Of a stretch of DNA of 64,000 nt, positions 10,098 through 20,778 are shown piece by piece. This DNA comes from Candidatus Melainabacteria bacterium 17Bon1m. GTDB taxonomy: Bacteria; Cyanobacteriota; Vampirovibrionia; Obscuribacterales; Obscuribacteraceae. Within the stretch, counting starts at the first letter, position 1, and each line of letters begins with the position of its first letter. Below the pieces are notes generated by a model that did no database searches, was not told the origin of the DNA, and saw nothing but the letters and a program-made list of their open reading frames with translations. The stretch is taken from positions 192,001 through 256,000 of the forward strand of contig JAVLKG010000006.1 in NCBI GenBank assembly GCA_032128875.1, read 5' to 3'. Position numbers and translations under genes: made by a program.

Positions 10098-11321
10098 TTG
10101 ACGGACGATTCCGAACGGGATACCGTTTTCGTCCCTACCGGACAAGTGCCGGTGGGGAATATGCCTTTGCTCAACGCCAACCTCGAAAATTTTGAGGGTG
10201 TCGATCCCTTTATCGGGACTCAAATCGATAACAAATACGATGTTTTGGAAAACGTCGGGCAAGGCGGGATGAGCGTTGTTTATAAGGCGATGCAGACAGC
10301 GATGAATCGCGTCGTTGCGTTGAAGATGTTAAAGATGGGCTTGTCGTCCGACCCAATCTTCAAACAGCGTTTTGTACGCGAAGTTTCACTGCTCGGAAAG
10401 CTCAATCACCCAAACATTGTCACTGTTTTTGACTCAGGCACAACACCTGATGGTCACCTTTATCTGGCGATGGACTTTCTCTCCGGCTCTACGTTGCAGG
10501 ACGTCCTTGATAAATCAGGTGCTATGCCGATAGAGCGCGCCGCGCCACTCATCTTGCAGATCTGCGATGCTCTCAATCATGCCCATAAGCGCGACATTAT
10601 TCACCGTGATCTGAAGCCAGGCAACATCATGATTGAAACAGATCATCGCGGGCAGGAGGTCGTGAAGATTGTCGACTTTGGTCTTGCGAAGATGGGCGAG
10701 GGCAGCGAACGATTGACGCGCGCTGGAGAACTTTGGGGAAGTTCATTCTATATGAGCCCTGAGCAATGCAATGGCGCAGAGTCGGATGTACGCACTGATA
10801 TTTATTCTTTCGGCATCGTAATGTATCAAATGGTCACTGGCAAAGTTCCGTTTCGCGGCAGCGGATTTATGGAAACCGTAACTAAGCAACTGAATGAGCC
10901 TCCGCCCCCTTTGAAGATCACGAAAGCTGATCTCAACTTGCCCGACATGCTTGAAATTGTTATGTTCAAGTGTCTTGAGAAAGCCCCGGAGAACCGCTTT
11001 CAGTCAGTGGCGGATTTGAAATCGGCATTACAAACAGCATTGCCGGATCCTCGCAAGAACGACGTTCGAGCTTCCACCGGTCCCCAACGAAAGATTGCCC
11101 CACCTCCACCTCCACCACCTCCGAGGAAAGTAGAGGTGAAGAAGGCAAAAACCGGAAGCAGTTCAACCATGAAAGGCATTATCGTTTTGGTTGTTGTAGT
11201 CGTCATTTGTGCGCTTGCAGTCTTCTTTGTGTTGAAAGGACGTAACCCAGCACTGGCACCAGATACGGTGCCCGCCGCTTCGGCTCCAAATGCTCCTGCA
11301 TCCACCGTCAAGAAACATTGA
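10098..11321 (+). CDS. Ser/Thr protein kinase with C-terminal TM anchor
   Basis: GQGGMS, VALK, HRDLKPGN, DFG, YMSPE, DIYS; poly-Pro linker; hydrophobic helix. Confidence 0.93.
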   Translation: MTDDSERDTVFVPTGQVPVGNMPLLNANLENFEGVDPFIGTQIDNKYDVLENVGQGGMSVVYKAMQTAMNRVVALKMLKMGLSSDPIFKQRFVREVSLLGKLNHPNIVTVFDSGTTPDGHLYLAMDFLSGSTLQDVLDKSGAMPIERAAPLILQICDALNHAHKRDIIHRDLKPGNIMIETDHRGQEVVKIVDFGLAKMGEGSERLTRAGELWGSSFYMSPEQCNGAESDVRTDIYSFGIVMYQMVTGKVPFRGSGFMETVTKQLNEPPPPLKITKADLNLPDMLEIVMFKCLEKAPENRFQSVADLKSALQTALPDPRKNDVRASTGPQRKIAPPPPPPPPRKVEVKKAKTGSSSTMKGIIVLVVVVVICALAVFFVLKGRNPALAPDTVPAASAPNAPASTVKKH

Positions 11322-11416
11322 CCTTTTCAAATGTCTCAAAATTCGCCTGAAATTCGAAATCAGCGCGCTGCTTGTCTATAATTTCCTGTGCTGTGACTGT
11401 TGTGCGATTGAATACC

Positions 11417-12007
11417 ATGCAAGAAATAGAAAAAACAGACAAAAGAAGTTCGTTCTCTAAAAGCAAAGCGGCAATGGTCTTGGGTATTGTTGTCCTGCTT
11501 GGCGTTATCGGGTTTCTCGTCTATTTGAGTCAGCCGAAAGATCAAACGGCTCAGGCTCCAGCGGAAGAAGGTCATAAGCGCACCAAGCAGTCTATAGGGG
11601 TTTATTCTCGCTTAAAGTCGGACGTCACCGAAGTCACCGACTCGAAGGATAAATCGCAGCCCAGGGAGAAAGTGGAACTGCCAGTTGCGGAAGAGAAAAG
11701 CTTACCAAAGACAGAGAAACAACCCGCCGCCGCCGAGAGAACTGAGCCTCCTATTCCTGTTGAAGTTTTGAAAGGCGAAACAACAAACGCTGCGACTAGT
11801 GATTCTGATGCTGCTGCACCAAAGGCGACGGAAAAGGCGACAGGGAAATCTGCTGAAATATCCGCTCGCAAAACTGCCGACAAACCTGCAATGGTCGCAG
11901 CGCCACATCATATAAAGAAGCATCATAGAAGCGAAGTGACGTTTTTCGAACTGGCGCCAAATAGTGGAAAGCACTCGCCCGACAATCTTGATCGAGTGGC
12001 TAACTAA
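11417..12007 (+). CDS. Single-pass membrane protein with low-complexity tail
   Basis: TM AAMVLGIVVLLGVIGFLVYL then an E/K/A/T-rich region; ATG 11417 preferred. Confidence 0.6.
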   Translation: MQEIEKTDKRSSFSKSKAAMVLGIVVLLGVIGFLVYLSQPKDQTAQAPAEEGHKRTKQSIGVYSRLKSDVTEVTDSKDKSQPREKVELPVAEEKSLPKTEKQPAAAERTEPPIPVEVLKGETTNAATSDSDAAAPKATEKATGKSAEISARKTADKPAMVAAPHHIKKHHRSEVTFFELAPNSGKHSPDNLDRVAN

Positions 12008-12020
12008 TTGAAGTTTGGCC

Positions 12021-12098
12021 GGAGCGTCGGCTTCCAGCCGGCAGTTGAAACAGCCAGGATGGCGGCGCTCCGTCCAGGCGCATACAATGCGCCGCTAC
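12021..12098. repeat. Composite BIME-like element between convergent genes
   Basis: GGAGCGTCGGCTTCCAGCCGGC (12021-42), inverted mate GCCAGGATGGCGGCGCTCC (12053-71), GTAG-type unit GGCGCATACAATGCGCCGCTAC (12077-98). Confidence 0.7.
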
Positions 12099-12107
12099 GT
12101 TTTGAAT

Positions 12108-13970
12108 CTAATATGTGTAAGAAGTCTGATATGCGCGGCGGCGCGGCACATCGCTGTTTTCCGAACGAATTTGACTTCTGAGCTCGTTTGCTCTGGCGCC
12201 GGAAGTATGCGGCTCGCGAGTAGCACGAACGACCGACGCGTCCGATATCTGTTGTTTGCGTTTGTATGGGGGTTCGCCTTCGAAATTGACTGGCTCGCCT
12301 GGTTTTACCGGAACTTCCGGCGCTTCTTGGTTTACGGCGCCAGAGTCTTTCACTTCACCTGACTGATTGTCGGCGCCTGATTGGTTTCCACCAGATTTTT
12401 GAGAACCTTGATCAGTAAGATCAGCAGGATGGTTTGCATTCGTCGCGTCAGTTGCAATTGTCGTGAAATTCGACAGATCTTGAGCGCTCGATTGCTGTGA
12501 ATCTATTTGTGCTGCATTATTTTGCGCAAGTGCAGTGTTACTTTGTTTTGTTTGCGACTCTTCGACAGGCGAGTCATCTTTTGCCGCTAGCAATCGCTTC
12601 GAAATTTCAGGCATTCTTTGCTGCAGTTCCAATGCCTCACGTTCGGCATCTTTGGCATTCATTGCATGGCGAACATTTACCGTTGCGACAAAGCCGATGA
12701 CGCCTGCCATTACTGCGGCAGTTAGATAGAGAGGAACTTCAAACTTCTTGGAGCCAAGAGTCTGAATCTTCGCTGCTTCCTTTTGCATGGCAGCAACGTC
12801 TGCTTTGTGACGTGCTTCTGCTTTTGCGCGGGCGCGTGCTTCGGCTTTTGCTTTTGTGTCGCCTTCTTTCGCCAATGCTTTTGCTTTTGCGGCATCAGCA
12901 GGAGTTATCGAGGAAACGGGGGTGATGATTGGCGAAGATTTTGCAGCCGCTTGCACGACTTCAGCAACAGGAACAACCACAGGCGCGAAATCAGATACCT
13001 TCGGAGTTCCAATTGCATTGAGCTCATCAAGGCTGTATGTCTTTTTGACTTTTGCGACCGGTCTTTCCGGTTCTGGCTCAACTTGTTGAGAAGCATGTCT
13101 CCATGAGCGCATCCATTTGGCTAAATCCTGAGCATTTTGGAAGCGATCTTCCTTCTCTTTGGCGAGACATTTGAATACTGTTGCTTCGACGTGAAATGGA
13201 ATATCCAATTCCGGTGCGGACTCTTTGAAGCGGCGCGGCAGTCCACTCTTCTGATTGGCAATTAGCTGCTCGACGTCTTCGCAGACGTAAGGCAATCTGC
13301 CTGTGAGCGTCATATAAAGAACAACGCCGACACTGTAGATATCGGAACGCTCATCTGTTTCATCGCCGTTTAAGGCTTCCGGACTTGCATATTCCGGTTT
13401 GAAAGTCTTTGGCTCGTGGCGCTGCACCGCATCATCTTTGATTGTGGCGCCACCGAAGTCGGTGAGTTTTGCAATCTGTGAGGATTCGTTGTCTCCCAGC
13501 AGGAAGATGCATGAGGGGGTGATTTCGTTGTGGACAACGCCGGCCTCGTGCGCGGCATTAAGCGCTTCGGCAACTTCAAGGAATATTGGATAGACCAATT
13601 CCGCCGGCAATGGACCTTCGGCGGTGAGCATTTCGCCAAGGCACATGCCTGTAACGTGTTCGAAAACTATGTACAAATTCCCGCGGTCGGAAAAATGATC
13701 CAGCATTAATGGAAGGTTGTGATGCCGGGCTCGGTTGAGAGCTCGGATTTCCGACTGGAAAAGGTCAGCCTGCGCTTCTTTCGAAATCTTGGCGCGGGTC
13801 AATTCTTTGATGGTTACCAAACGACTAGTGCGGCGGTCGCGGGCGCGATAGAGGTTGTACCTGCCGGTCGAGCAGATAATTCCAGTCACGCTGTAAATGC
13901 CGTTGAGCGTGGCGCCGATTGGATATGCGCGGGCTAATTCAAAGGTGGTTTTCGGCTTGCTGGTGACCAA
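12108..13970 (-). CDS. Membrane-anchored Ser/Thr kinase-like protein (probable pseudokinase)
   Basis: Kinase motifs TIKEL, DFG, YASPE, DIYS present but catalytic loop reads HNEITPSC; TM plus low-complexity tail. Confidence 0.85.
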   Translation of the reverse strand: MVTSKPKTTFELARAYPIGATLNGIYSVTGIICSTGRYNLYRARDRRTSRLVTIKELTRAKISKEAQADLFQSEIRALNRARHHNLPLMLDHFSDRGNLYIVFEHVTGMCLGEMLTAEGPLPAELVYPIFLEVAEALNAAHEAGVVHNEITPSCIFLLGDNESSQIAKLTDFGGATIKDDAVQRHEPKTFKPEYASPEALNGDETDERSDIYSVGVVLYMTLTGRLPYVCEDVEQLIANQKSGLPRRFKESAPELDIPFHVEATVFKCLAKEKEDRFQNAQDLAKWMRSWRHASQQVEPEPERPVAKVKKTYSLDELNAIGTPKVSDFAPVVVPVAEVVQAAAKSSPIITPVSSITPADAAKAKALAKEGDTKAKAEARARAKAEARHKADVAAMQKEAAKIQTLGSKKFEVPLYLTAAVMAGVIGFVATVNVRHAMNAKDAEREALELQQRMPEISKRLLAAKDDSPVEESQTKQSNTALAQNNAAQIDSQQSSAQDLSNFTTIATDATNANHPADLTDQGSQKSGGNQSGADNQSGEVKDSGAVNQEAPEVPVKPGEPVNFEGEPPYKRKQQISDASVVRATREPHTSGARANELRSQIRSENSDVPRRRAYQTSYTY

Positions 13971-14372
13971 GCGCAGCTTCCCTCATGCGTCTGTAGTTCA
14001 ATACTAAAGCCATTTGGGCGCTAACCCTAATAAGAAACCATTCACCAACATGAGCTAACTTTAGCCAAATTTGTTTTTGTTGTGAAATTGATGAATGTCC
14101 GCTGTGCGTCGGCGATTTGTTGAGGTTTTGATTGAATGGTTTTGAGCAAATTTTCTTAGACAAGCTGGCATTATATTTGGTATCAGTCTCGTGCTCGTCG
14201 AATCGGATGGATGTGTTGACATCTCCGCTGTTCTGAATTTGTTTTGTACGATGTAGATGCGCTTGACTACGCCTTTGACGATTCACGGGTAACTGTTCTG
14301 ATAGAATCTAACAGTGCTATTCGCGCACAATTACTAGTAGTCCGCTGGCAGCTTGGTTTGGAGGTTCGTTAG

Positions 14373-14810
14373 ATGGTTGAAACCATTCAACTCGTGAGAC
14401 AGATTGCAGTTAGAGCGATCGTCACGGAGAACTTCAAAGGGCAAGTCGGCGGGGAAATCGCGCGCAATCTTCAGCAAATCGATGCTGAATTGCAGCAATT
14501 GGAATTTAAAGGAAAACGTGCCATCGCTGATATCGAAAAGCGCAGTGGCGGAGCTGTTACAGCCGACGCACGAGTGCAAATCGAGACAATAAGACAGCAG
14601 ATCGAGGCTGAAAAGATGCGCCTCCTCCAATATAAAGAGGAAATGCAAGGACAAAGCCAGGCGCTGACAGAATTGCCGGTCGGCAGTGTAGTAACTCAGT
14701 TTACGGTTGAAAATCCCGTCGAAGTTCGCGTTGGAGAAAACATCTTCCAGCGCTTGGAAGGCGGCGAGATTCTTGTCAAGGACGGCATCATTCAAGAGAT
14801 TCGCGTCTAA
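14373..14810 (+). CDS. YlqD family protein
   Basis: IAVRAIVTENFK, coiled coil, EILVKDGIIQEIR C-terminus; GGAGG RBS. Confidence 0.85.
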   Translation: MVETIQLVRQIAVRAIVTENFKGQVGGEIARNLQQIDAELQQLEFKGKRAIADIEKRSGGAVTADARVQIETIRQQIEAEKMRLLQYKEEMQGQSQALTELPVGSVVTQFTVENPVEVRVGENIFQRLEGGEILVKDGIIQEIRV

Positions 14811-14933
14811 GTTCAACTGACCTGGTTTGATTCCATTGTTTTGGAACAGATTCAAAAGGTTCGTTTGTTTTAGCGCGTCTTGAAATGACGCCGTCCAAGC
14901 AATTGTTCTTCTTTGTGCTTCGAGATGATCTTC

Positions 14934-15998
14934 TTATAGATACTCTTTCAGCCTAAGCGTAATGTTGCTTTGGCGAAGAGCTCTCAAAGCCTTCAGCTCA
15001 ATTTGTCGAGTTCGCTCGCGGGTGATACCCACAAGTTTTCCAACTTGCTCGAGAGTGCGTTGCTTACCGTCATTCAGTCCGAATCGTAGGATTAGAACCT
15101 CGCGCTCACGCGGAGTGAGCATAGACAATACGCCACGAATGTCGCTAGACATCAGGCTCGCCTCAGTTGAATCCTCAGGGCGAGAAGAATTCTCGTCCTC
15201 AACAATCTCTGAAAGTGAGTTGTCATCGTCCTCTCCGTATGGAGTGTCCAGTGACAGTGGTGAGCGGTTAGCGGCAAGGATCTCTTTGATCTTCACTACA
15301 GACACACCCATGCCCTTCGCTAGATCCTCGAGATTAGGTCTGCGACCCATTTCTTGAGAGAGCTTGCGAGTTACTTTTCTGAGGTTGTTGATTGTCTCGA
15401 CCATGTGGACAGGCACGCGAATAGTGCGTGATTTATCGGCGATGGCGCGAGTGATGCCCTGACGAATCCACCAAGTTGCATAGGTAGAGAACTTGTAGCC
15501 TCGCTCCGCATCGAACTTCTCAGCGGCGCGAATCAGACCGAGGTTGCCCTCTTGAATCAAATCAAGGAATGGAAGACCGCGACCTTGATACTTTTTGGCT
15601 ACTGATACAACCAGTCGAAGATTGGCTTGTACCAGGCGCTTTTTAGCCAGCATGTCGCCGGCGGCAATGCGTCTGGCCAGTTCGATCTCCTCTGAGGCGG
15701 TCAACAGTTTGATTCGTCCGATTGAGCGCAGATAGAATTGAACCGGGTCCTCTGACGTACCAGCGCGACGTCCGATCGGCGCGTATGAAGACGCGTCGTC
15801 GTCTGAGTCGTCACCGACTGCACCAAGCTCTACTTCATCATCCGTATTGAATGCTGCTGAGTATCCCGGCACTAGGTCGTCCAGAGTGTATTCATCGATA
15901 GATGGAGCGTACTTCCTAATCATTTTCCTGACGGCTTTAGCCGCTGTACGGTAATACAACGAGGTCCGAAATCGGATCTCAGAATTTTGGGGATGCAA
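14934..15998 (-). CDS. RNA polymerase sigma-70 factor, RpoD/SigA family (group 2-like)
   Basis: [51 protein letters not shown]; no region 1.1; start uncertain (ATG 15923 possible). Confidence 0.92.
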   Translation of the reverse strand: MHPQNSEIRFRTSLYYRTAAKAVRKMIRKYAPSIDEYTLDDLVPGYSAAFNTDDEVELGAVGDDSDDDASSYAPIGRRAGTSEDPVQFYLRSIGRIKLLTASEEIELARRIAAGDMLAKKRLVQANLRLVVSVAKKYQGRGLPFLDLIQEGNLGLIRAAEKFDAERGYKFSTYATWWIRQGITRAIADKSRTIRVPVHMVETINNLRKVTRKLSQEMGRRPNLEDLAKGMGVSVVKIKEILAANRSPLSLDTPYGEDDDNSLSEIVEDENSSRPEDSTEASLMSSDIRGVLSMLTPREREVLILRFGLNDGKQRTLEQVGKLVGITRERTRQIELKALRALRQSNITLRLKEYL

Positions 15999-16132
15999 AT
16001 GCCCCGCCCTTTGGGGCAGTTACATATCTATTTGTTTGTCCCACCAACGCTTGAGACGGTACTTCTATTTAAATGTTCCGACCCACTACTTGAAAAGTGG
16101 GTTATCCCTAGATCTGAACAGGGGCTGGGTTT

Positions 16133-17125
16133 TTACTTGAACTTGCCGTAACTGTGCAGCCCGCCCAGTCCTAGGGAGTTGAATCCCAGGTAAGTCATCA
16201 GTGTTAAAAGTAGACCGACGATGGAAACCAGCGCCAACCTTTCAGCGGAGCACTCGCGATGCACTCTCAAATGGATGTATGCCGCATAACTCAGCCAGGT
16301 AACAAGGGCCATGGACTCTTTCGGGTCCCAGGACCAGTAGGTGCCCCACGCGTGATTCGCCCACAAACCGCCTGTAATAATCCCGAAAGTGAGGGCCGGC
16401 ATACCGATCGCGATGCATCGATAGCTGACGTCATCGTAGACTTCGGCGAGTTTTGCATCCCCGATTTTTTTATCAACTCTCTGTAATAGTTTGAAACTAA
16501 TCACCGAACCAACCAAACTGGCTCCGGCAAAGAGTATTTGAAGCCATGCTGTATCAACAGTGGTGAAAGTGCCGAGCACGACTGCCAGCAACGCCAAACA
16601 AACAGTGACTATTGCTGTAATCAGGCTCTGGATGCGCCCAGCCATGTAGAGCTGGATAAAACCTGCAAGTCCGCCAAGGAAAAACAAGGCATAGGAGACG
16701 ATCAATGGTGGAACGTGAATCCAGCGCCAATAGCTGACAAGCGCTGGAACCAGCGGTTGGATGTCGTGCTGCGATTGCGGCAGCCAGCTACCGTAGAGAA
16801 ACATCAGCAGCGCCGTCAAGCTGGCGAGCCATCCCAATTGCCTTACTCCATAAGCTTTTGCAAGTACGAGGTAAGAACCCATTGTTGCCCAGGCAAACCA
16901 GAGCAGAGACTCGTACAGATTAGCCAGGGGGAAACGCTGTGCATCGATGCCCCGAATAATGATGGCTGCTGTCAGACTCACAAACGCTAAAACCATCGCC
17001 CCGGAGCCGATTTTGACCATCAGGTCTTTGCGTTGTTTGAACCCGTTAGAAGCAGCAAAAACCCAGAAGGACATCACCGACGTGATGCCTGCCGTGTTTG
17101 TTAGTGCCATCTGCATCTCGGACAT
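16133..17125 (-). CDS. ccsA: Cytochrome c biogenesis system II haem attachment protein
   Basis: PLANLYESL, LVPALVSYWRWIH, WANHAWGTYWSWDPKE (WWD domain), GLHSYG. Confidence 0.95.
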   Translation of the reverse strand: MSEMQMALTNTAGITSVMSFWVFAASNGFKQRKDLMVKIGSGAMVLAFVSLTAAIIIRGIDAQRFPLANLYESLLWFAWATMGSYLVLAKAYGVRQLGWLASLTALLMFLYGSWLPQSQHDIQPLVPALVSYWRWIHVPPLIVSYALFFLGGLAGFIQLYMAGRIQSLITAIVTVCLALLAVVLGTFTTVDTAWLQILFAGASLVGSVISFKLLQRVDKKIGDAKLAEVYDDVSYRCIAIGMPALTFGIITGGLWANHAWGTYWSWDPKESMALVTWLSYAAYIHLRVHRECSAERLALVSIVGLLLTLMTYLGFNSLGLGGLHSYGKFK

Positions 17126-18708
17126 TAGCTATCTCCTTGGGCATTTTCCGTGTTGCCTGAGCCGGGTGCGCTTGCCGCCAGCTCTTTTTTGTTCTGTTTG
17201 CTGGGTGAACTTGTTTTCTTCGTGTCCGCATCAGAACTGGACTGCGCCTGGGCATCAGAATCAGAGGATTGCGAACTGGAACTTTGCTGCGTTTCTGCAT
17301 CAGTGTTCGGCTGCGTTTCCAACGAAATTTCCGGCTTTGGTTCGCCAAAGTCTTTTGTGAGCTGGGTTTCGAATGCTTTGATCAAGCGTTCAAACCCGAC
17401 TTTGTCTTTGACTGAACGTCCACCGAAATAGAGCACGTTGTTTTCAAAACTGACCCAAACGTGTCTGTGCGGAATTGCAGCCATCAGTACGCCGACAATT
17501 ATGAAACCGAATGCAATATAAGTGATTGGCAATCCCGGATCGCATTTATATTGAAGCCCCGTCACCGGCATTGTTTTTATCAGCGAAATCGTGACGGGAC
17601 CAAGCTTTGCGGGTTTATCCTTCGAGAGTTCGGTGAGCATGCGCGGACCCTCCCAATCTGGGCGCTTTGCAAAGACTTTGATTGGCTTGCCATCTGCGCG
17701 TACAGAGAAAAGCATCATCGTGTCCTGGTCTAGTGGAAGGAAAGCGGCATAGAGTTTGCCCATCGGTCTCAAATCGAGACGCCTTTCGTTGCCGTTGAAA
17801 TTCAAGATGAGATGATCGAGTCCCCAGCTGGATTGATAAATGTCGACGCCATCATAAGAAAGCGGGTTGTTGACTGAGATCTCTTGAGTTTTGACCTCTT
17901 TGCCATTCTTGTCGATGACAGTCAATTTGGAAAACCACTGTTTTGCTTCGCCTGTCGGGTGGTCTTCTCTGCGAGTCTCATCAACTCTTACTGTCCAGTC
18001 AGGTAATTTGCCGATCCAAAGCTTGGAGTGTTCGGATTCGTGGAAATCGAGATGGGAATTGAGAAGTACTGGTTGAAAACCTGAGAATCCCGTCCATGAA
18101 GTGATTGTCACTCCGACTAGCAAAGTAAGCAGGCCTATATGGGTGACTGTCGCCGCCAGACGTCCGTACTTCCCATATTCCGCGAGCAAGCGTTCTTCGT
18201 TGGTTGAAACCTTGAATCCTTTCGACGCAAGCTTCAGTGCAATGGCTGTGAAAGCTGACTTCTCGCCCTTTGTTATGTTGACTGATGTGTTGACCGGAAG
18301 CTTGCCGATTTCTCTTCCACCGATAAAGGGTAGCGGCTTGTTCAACAATTTGACGCGAGGAAAAACTCTCATGAAGCTGCACGCGATCATATTGACGGTG
18401 AGCATTGCAATGAGGGAGAGGAACCACGGGCTGTGATAGATGTCTGTAATTCCAAACTGCGTAAGCAATTTCGCTGTCTCTGCACCGAATTGCTCGACGA
18501 CTTTCTCTTTGCCGTTGGCTGATTCTTGTGGGCACCAGGCACCAATAAGCACTGTTAGCGCTGTCAAAGACATCAGGAAAATCGTGAGCTTCACCGAAGC
18601 AAGCACATTTTTGACGCTTGTTTGCGGCTTCAGGTCTGTCTTTTCGCTTTCAGTGTTCACGTGTGTCCGGGTTTCCTGTCTTGTGTTTTGCTTTGTCGGT
18701 CGACGCAT
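17125..18708 (-). CDS. ccs1: Cytochrome c biogenesis protein Ccs1/ResB
   Basis: IYHSPWF, conserved TM His (THIGLL), ISVNNPL, IYQSSW, DPGLPITY; overlaps the ccsA start. Confidence 0.93.
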   Translation of the reverse strand: MRRPTKQNTRQETRTHVNTESEKTDLKPQTSVKNVLASVKLTIFLMSLTALTVLIGAWCPQESANGKEKVVEQFGAETAKLLTQFGITDIYHSPWFLSLIAMLTVNMIACSFMRVFPRVKLLNKPLPFIGGREIGKLPVNTSVNITKGEKSAFTAIALKLASKGFKVSTNEERLLAEYGKYGRLAATVTHIGLLTLLVGVTITSWTGFSGFQPVLLNSHLDFHESEHSKLWIGKLPDWTVRVDETRREDHPTGEAKQWFSKLTVIDKNGKEVKTQEISVNNPLSYDGVDIYQSSWGLDHLILNFNGNERRLDLRPMGKLYAAFLPLDQDTMMLFSVRADGKPIKVFAKRPDWEGPRMLTELSKDKPAKLGPVTISLIKTMPVTGLQYKCDPGLPITYIAFGFIIVGVLMAAIPHRHVWVSFENNVLYFGGRSVKDKVGFERLIKAFETQLTKDFGEPKPEISLETQPNTDAETQQSSSSQSSDSDAQAQSSSDADTKKTSSPSKQNKKELAASAPGSGNTENAQGDS

Positions 18709-18739
18709 GGCGTCGACCCTACAATAAAAATGCTGTCTC

Positions 18740-19462
18740 TTAAAATGCTGTCTCCTGGTGGGTTCCGCTCAAAATTTGATCGGTCAGACGTCGCGCTTCG
18801 TCAAAGTTGCCGCGACTGACTGCGCGATAAATATCTTCCGATTCTGCAAGTTCTCGCATGAATCCTTGTTTTTGCTCGTCTGAAAACGCGTTGTCTTGAG
18901 CCGTTTTTTTGAGCTTATCGGCGAGTGCGTTGAGGAACAAAACGTAGTTATCGATATCGTTTACAAGCACGCCCTCCAATCTTCCGATCAAAGCTCTTTC
19001 CAGTGCGTGACTGATTCCATCGGTCGATACTGCAAGTTTCAAATGTCCACGCTTGACTGATTGACCAAAGACAATGTCGCAGTCGGCGTTGAAATCTTCG
19101 GATGCGCTCAAGATCTTCGCTTCCGCTGCCGCTTCCAAAATCCTTTCATTCTCTTCTGCGTCTGCGCCGGTGGTCACGACCATAAAGAAATGACCGGAGT
19201 GAATGCGTTCGAAATCTCTGACGCCCATTTCTCTCTTTGTCAGAGTCAAACGATTCGAGTGCGAGAGTTTTAACTCTTCAATCTCGCTGGCAAATACAGG
19301 TGCAATTGCTTCCACCTTCGCGCCATATTCAATGAATCTGCTTATTTCTCTGAGCGCGCGTTTGCCGCCGCCAGCAATAAGAACATTACGTCCATCCACT
19401 TTCAAATTGACTGGCAGAAGATTGGCTAGATTTGCGTCTTTGGTTTGATGCGCGGATGTCAT
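18740..19462 (-). CDS. Precorrin-2 dehydrogenase / sirohydrochlorin ferrochelatase (CysG N-terminal / SirC-like)
   Basis: LPVNLKV, VLIAGGGKRA Rossmann motif, RGHLKLAVSTDGIS. Confidence 0.8.
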   Translation of the reverse strand: MTSAHQTKDANLANLLPVNLKVDGRNVLIAGGGKRALREISRFIEYGAKVEAIAPVFASEIEELKLSHSNRLTLTKREMGVRDFERIHSGHFFMVVTTGADAEENERILEAAAEAKILSASEDFNADCDIVFGQSVKRGHLKLAVSTDGISHALERALIGRLEGVLVNDIDNYVLFLNALADKLKKTAQDNAFSDEQKQGFMRELAESEDIYRAVSRGNFDEARRLTDQILSGTHQETAF

Positions 19463-19463
19463 C

Positions 19464-20489
19464 TCATTTCGTCCTTACAAGCACGTAATTAATGAGGTTC
19501 TCCAAGGAGTCCCTAGCATCTGAAGGAGCAAGTTTGCTCAACGATTGTTTGGCGAGATCGCCATAGTGACCGGCGAGTTTGACGGTGGCTTCGACGCCGC
19601 CGTTGGCTTTGATGAGCGCAATGCCCTCTTCCGAGCCTTCGTCCGAAACAATTTGTCTGGTTTTAATCAATTCGCGCAGCCTGTTAGCAGCATCGTCATT
19701 TCTTTCGAGAATGTAGAGCGCCGGCGCCGTAACCACTCCGGCTCTAAGATCGCTGCCCGGCTGTTTGCCGAGTTCGGTAGCTTCGCCGGTAATGTCCAGA
19801 AGGTCGTCGACTATCTGGAAGCAAATGCCCAGGTTGACCCCGTAGTCTTTCAAAGCTTGCACGACTTCGTCGGATGCGGCGTTGAGAATTGCCCCGGCAT
19901 GTGCGCCTGCGGCAAACAGGGATGCGGTTTTGGCGATCGACTTGTTGATATAGCCTTCCCAATTGACCTCAGTATTAAATTGGCTGCGCATTTGCTTAAT
20001 TTCACCTGCGCAAAGGTCGCCGAGAACTTGCCCGTATATGCCAACAACAACCGGATTCATAATTCTGGCAAGGCAAATGGAAGCTTGGGCGAAGAGTAAA
20101 TCGCCCAAAAGTACAGCCAGTCTGTCATTGAAGCGTTTGTTGACGGTTTCTTTGCCGCGGCGAAGCGAGGCAGAGTCAATGACATCGTCGTGGACGAGGC
20201 TGGCGGTATGGATGAGTTCCGTCAAAACGGCTTGAATAATGTTGAGGCGCCCGAGCTCGCGACCTTCAATCAGGCTGGCTTTCGAGCCCAGAAGGGCAAT
20301 CGCCACGCGAATTCGTTTTCCGCCTGACTGAAAAACCTGGGTAAGCAACTCGCCGACAAACGGGTTGTCGTCAATTAGGTTGGAGGTCAACCAGGTCTCG
20401 ACGATAGCCAGCTCCTCTTGAATCGGAGCGATGATGGCTTTGAGGTCGTCTTTCGCCTGTGTGGCGGCTTTGATTGGCGCGCTGGTCAT
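19464..20489 (-). CDS. Long-chain trans-polyprenyl diphosphate synthase (solanesyl/heptaprenyl type)
   Basis: GGKRIR, HTASLVHDDVID (FARM), RRG, KTASL, FQIVDDLLD (SARM), GKQPGSDL. Confidence 0.95.
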   Translation of the reverse strand: MTSAPIKAATQAKDDLKAIIAPIQEELAIVETWLTSNLIDDNPFVGELLTQVFQSGGKRIRVAIALLGSKASLIEGRELGRLNIIQAVLTELIHTASLVHDDVIDSASLRRGKETVNKRFNDRLAVLLGDLLFAQASICLARIMNPVVVGIYGQVLGDLCAGEIKQMRSQFNTEVNWEGYINKSIAKTASLFAAGAHAGAILNAASDEVVQALKDYGVNLGICFQIVDDLLDITGEATELGKQPGSDLRAGVVTAPALYILERNDDAANRLRELIKTRQIVSDEGSEEGIALIKANGGVEATVKLAGHYGDLAKQSLSKLAPSDARDSLENLINYVLVRTK

Positions 20490-20778
20490 TGGATTTGTCT
20501 GAGTTCCCTATAGTTTTGCCAGCCGGGCTACCAGCAGATGCCTCCGGCAGATCTACCGGATGTCATCTGGTTTTGCTAAGCTTTTCATATAAGGCCAATA
20601 CACGTCAACAAATCCACCTTACTAAGCAACTAAGAGAAACTTATTAGGTTTTTAGCCAGTGATCTGGCTTATACCTAGCTAAGAATCTATACTCGTGTGC
20701 GGCCTCTTTAAATTGTCCTCTTTGAAGCCGGAAATCCGGTGTTTCTGGCGGAACTGACCGACAGCGGAGCACCCTATA

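Noticed and set aside
14334-14855. Minus-strand 173-aa ORF
   Set aside because: Antisense to the YlqD gene, which has an RBS and family motifs
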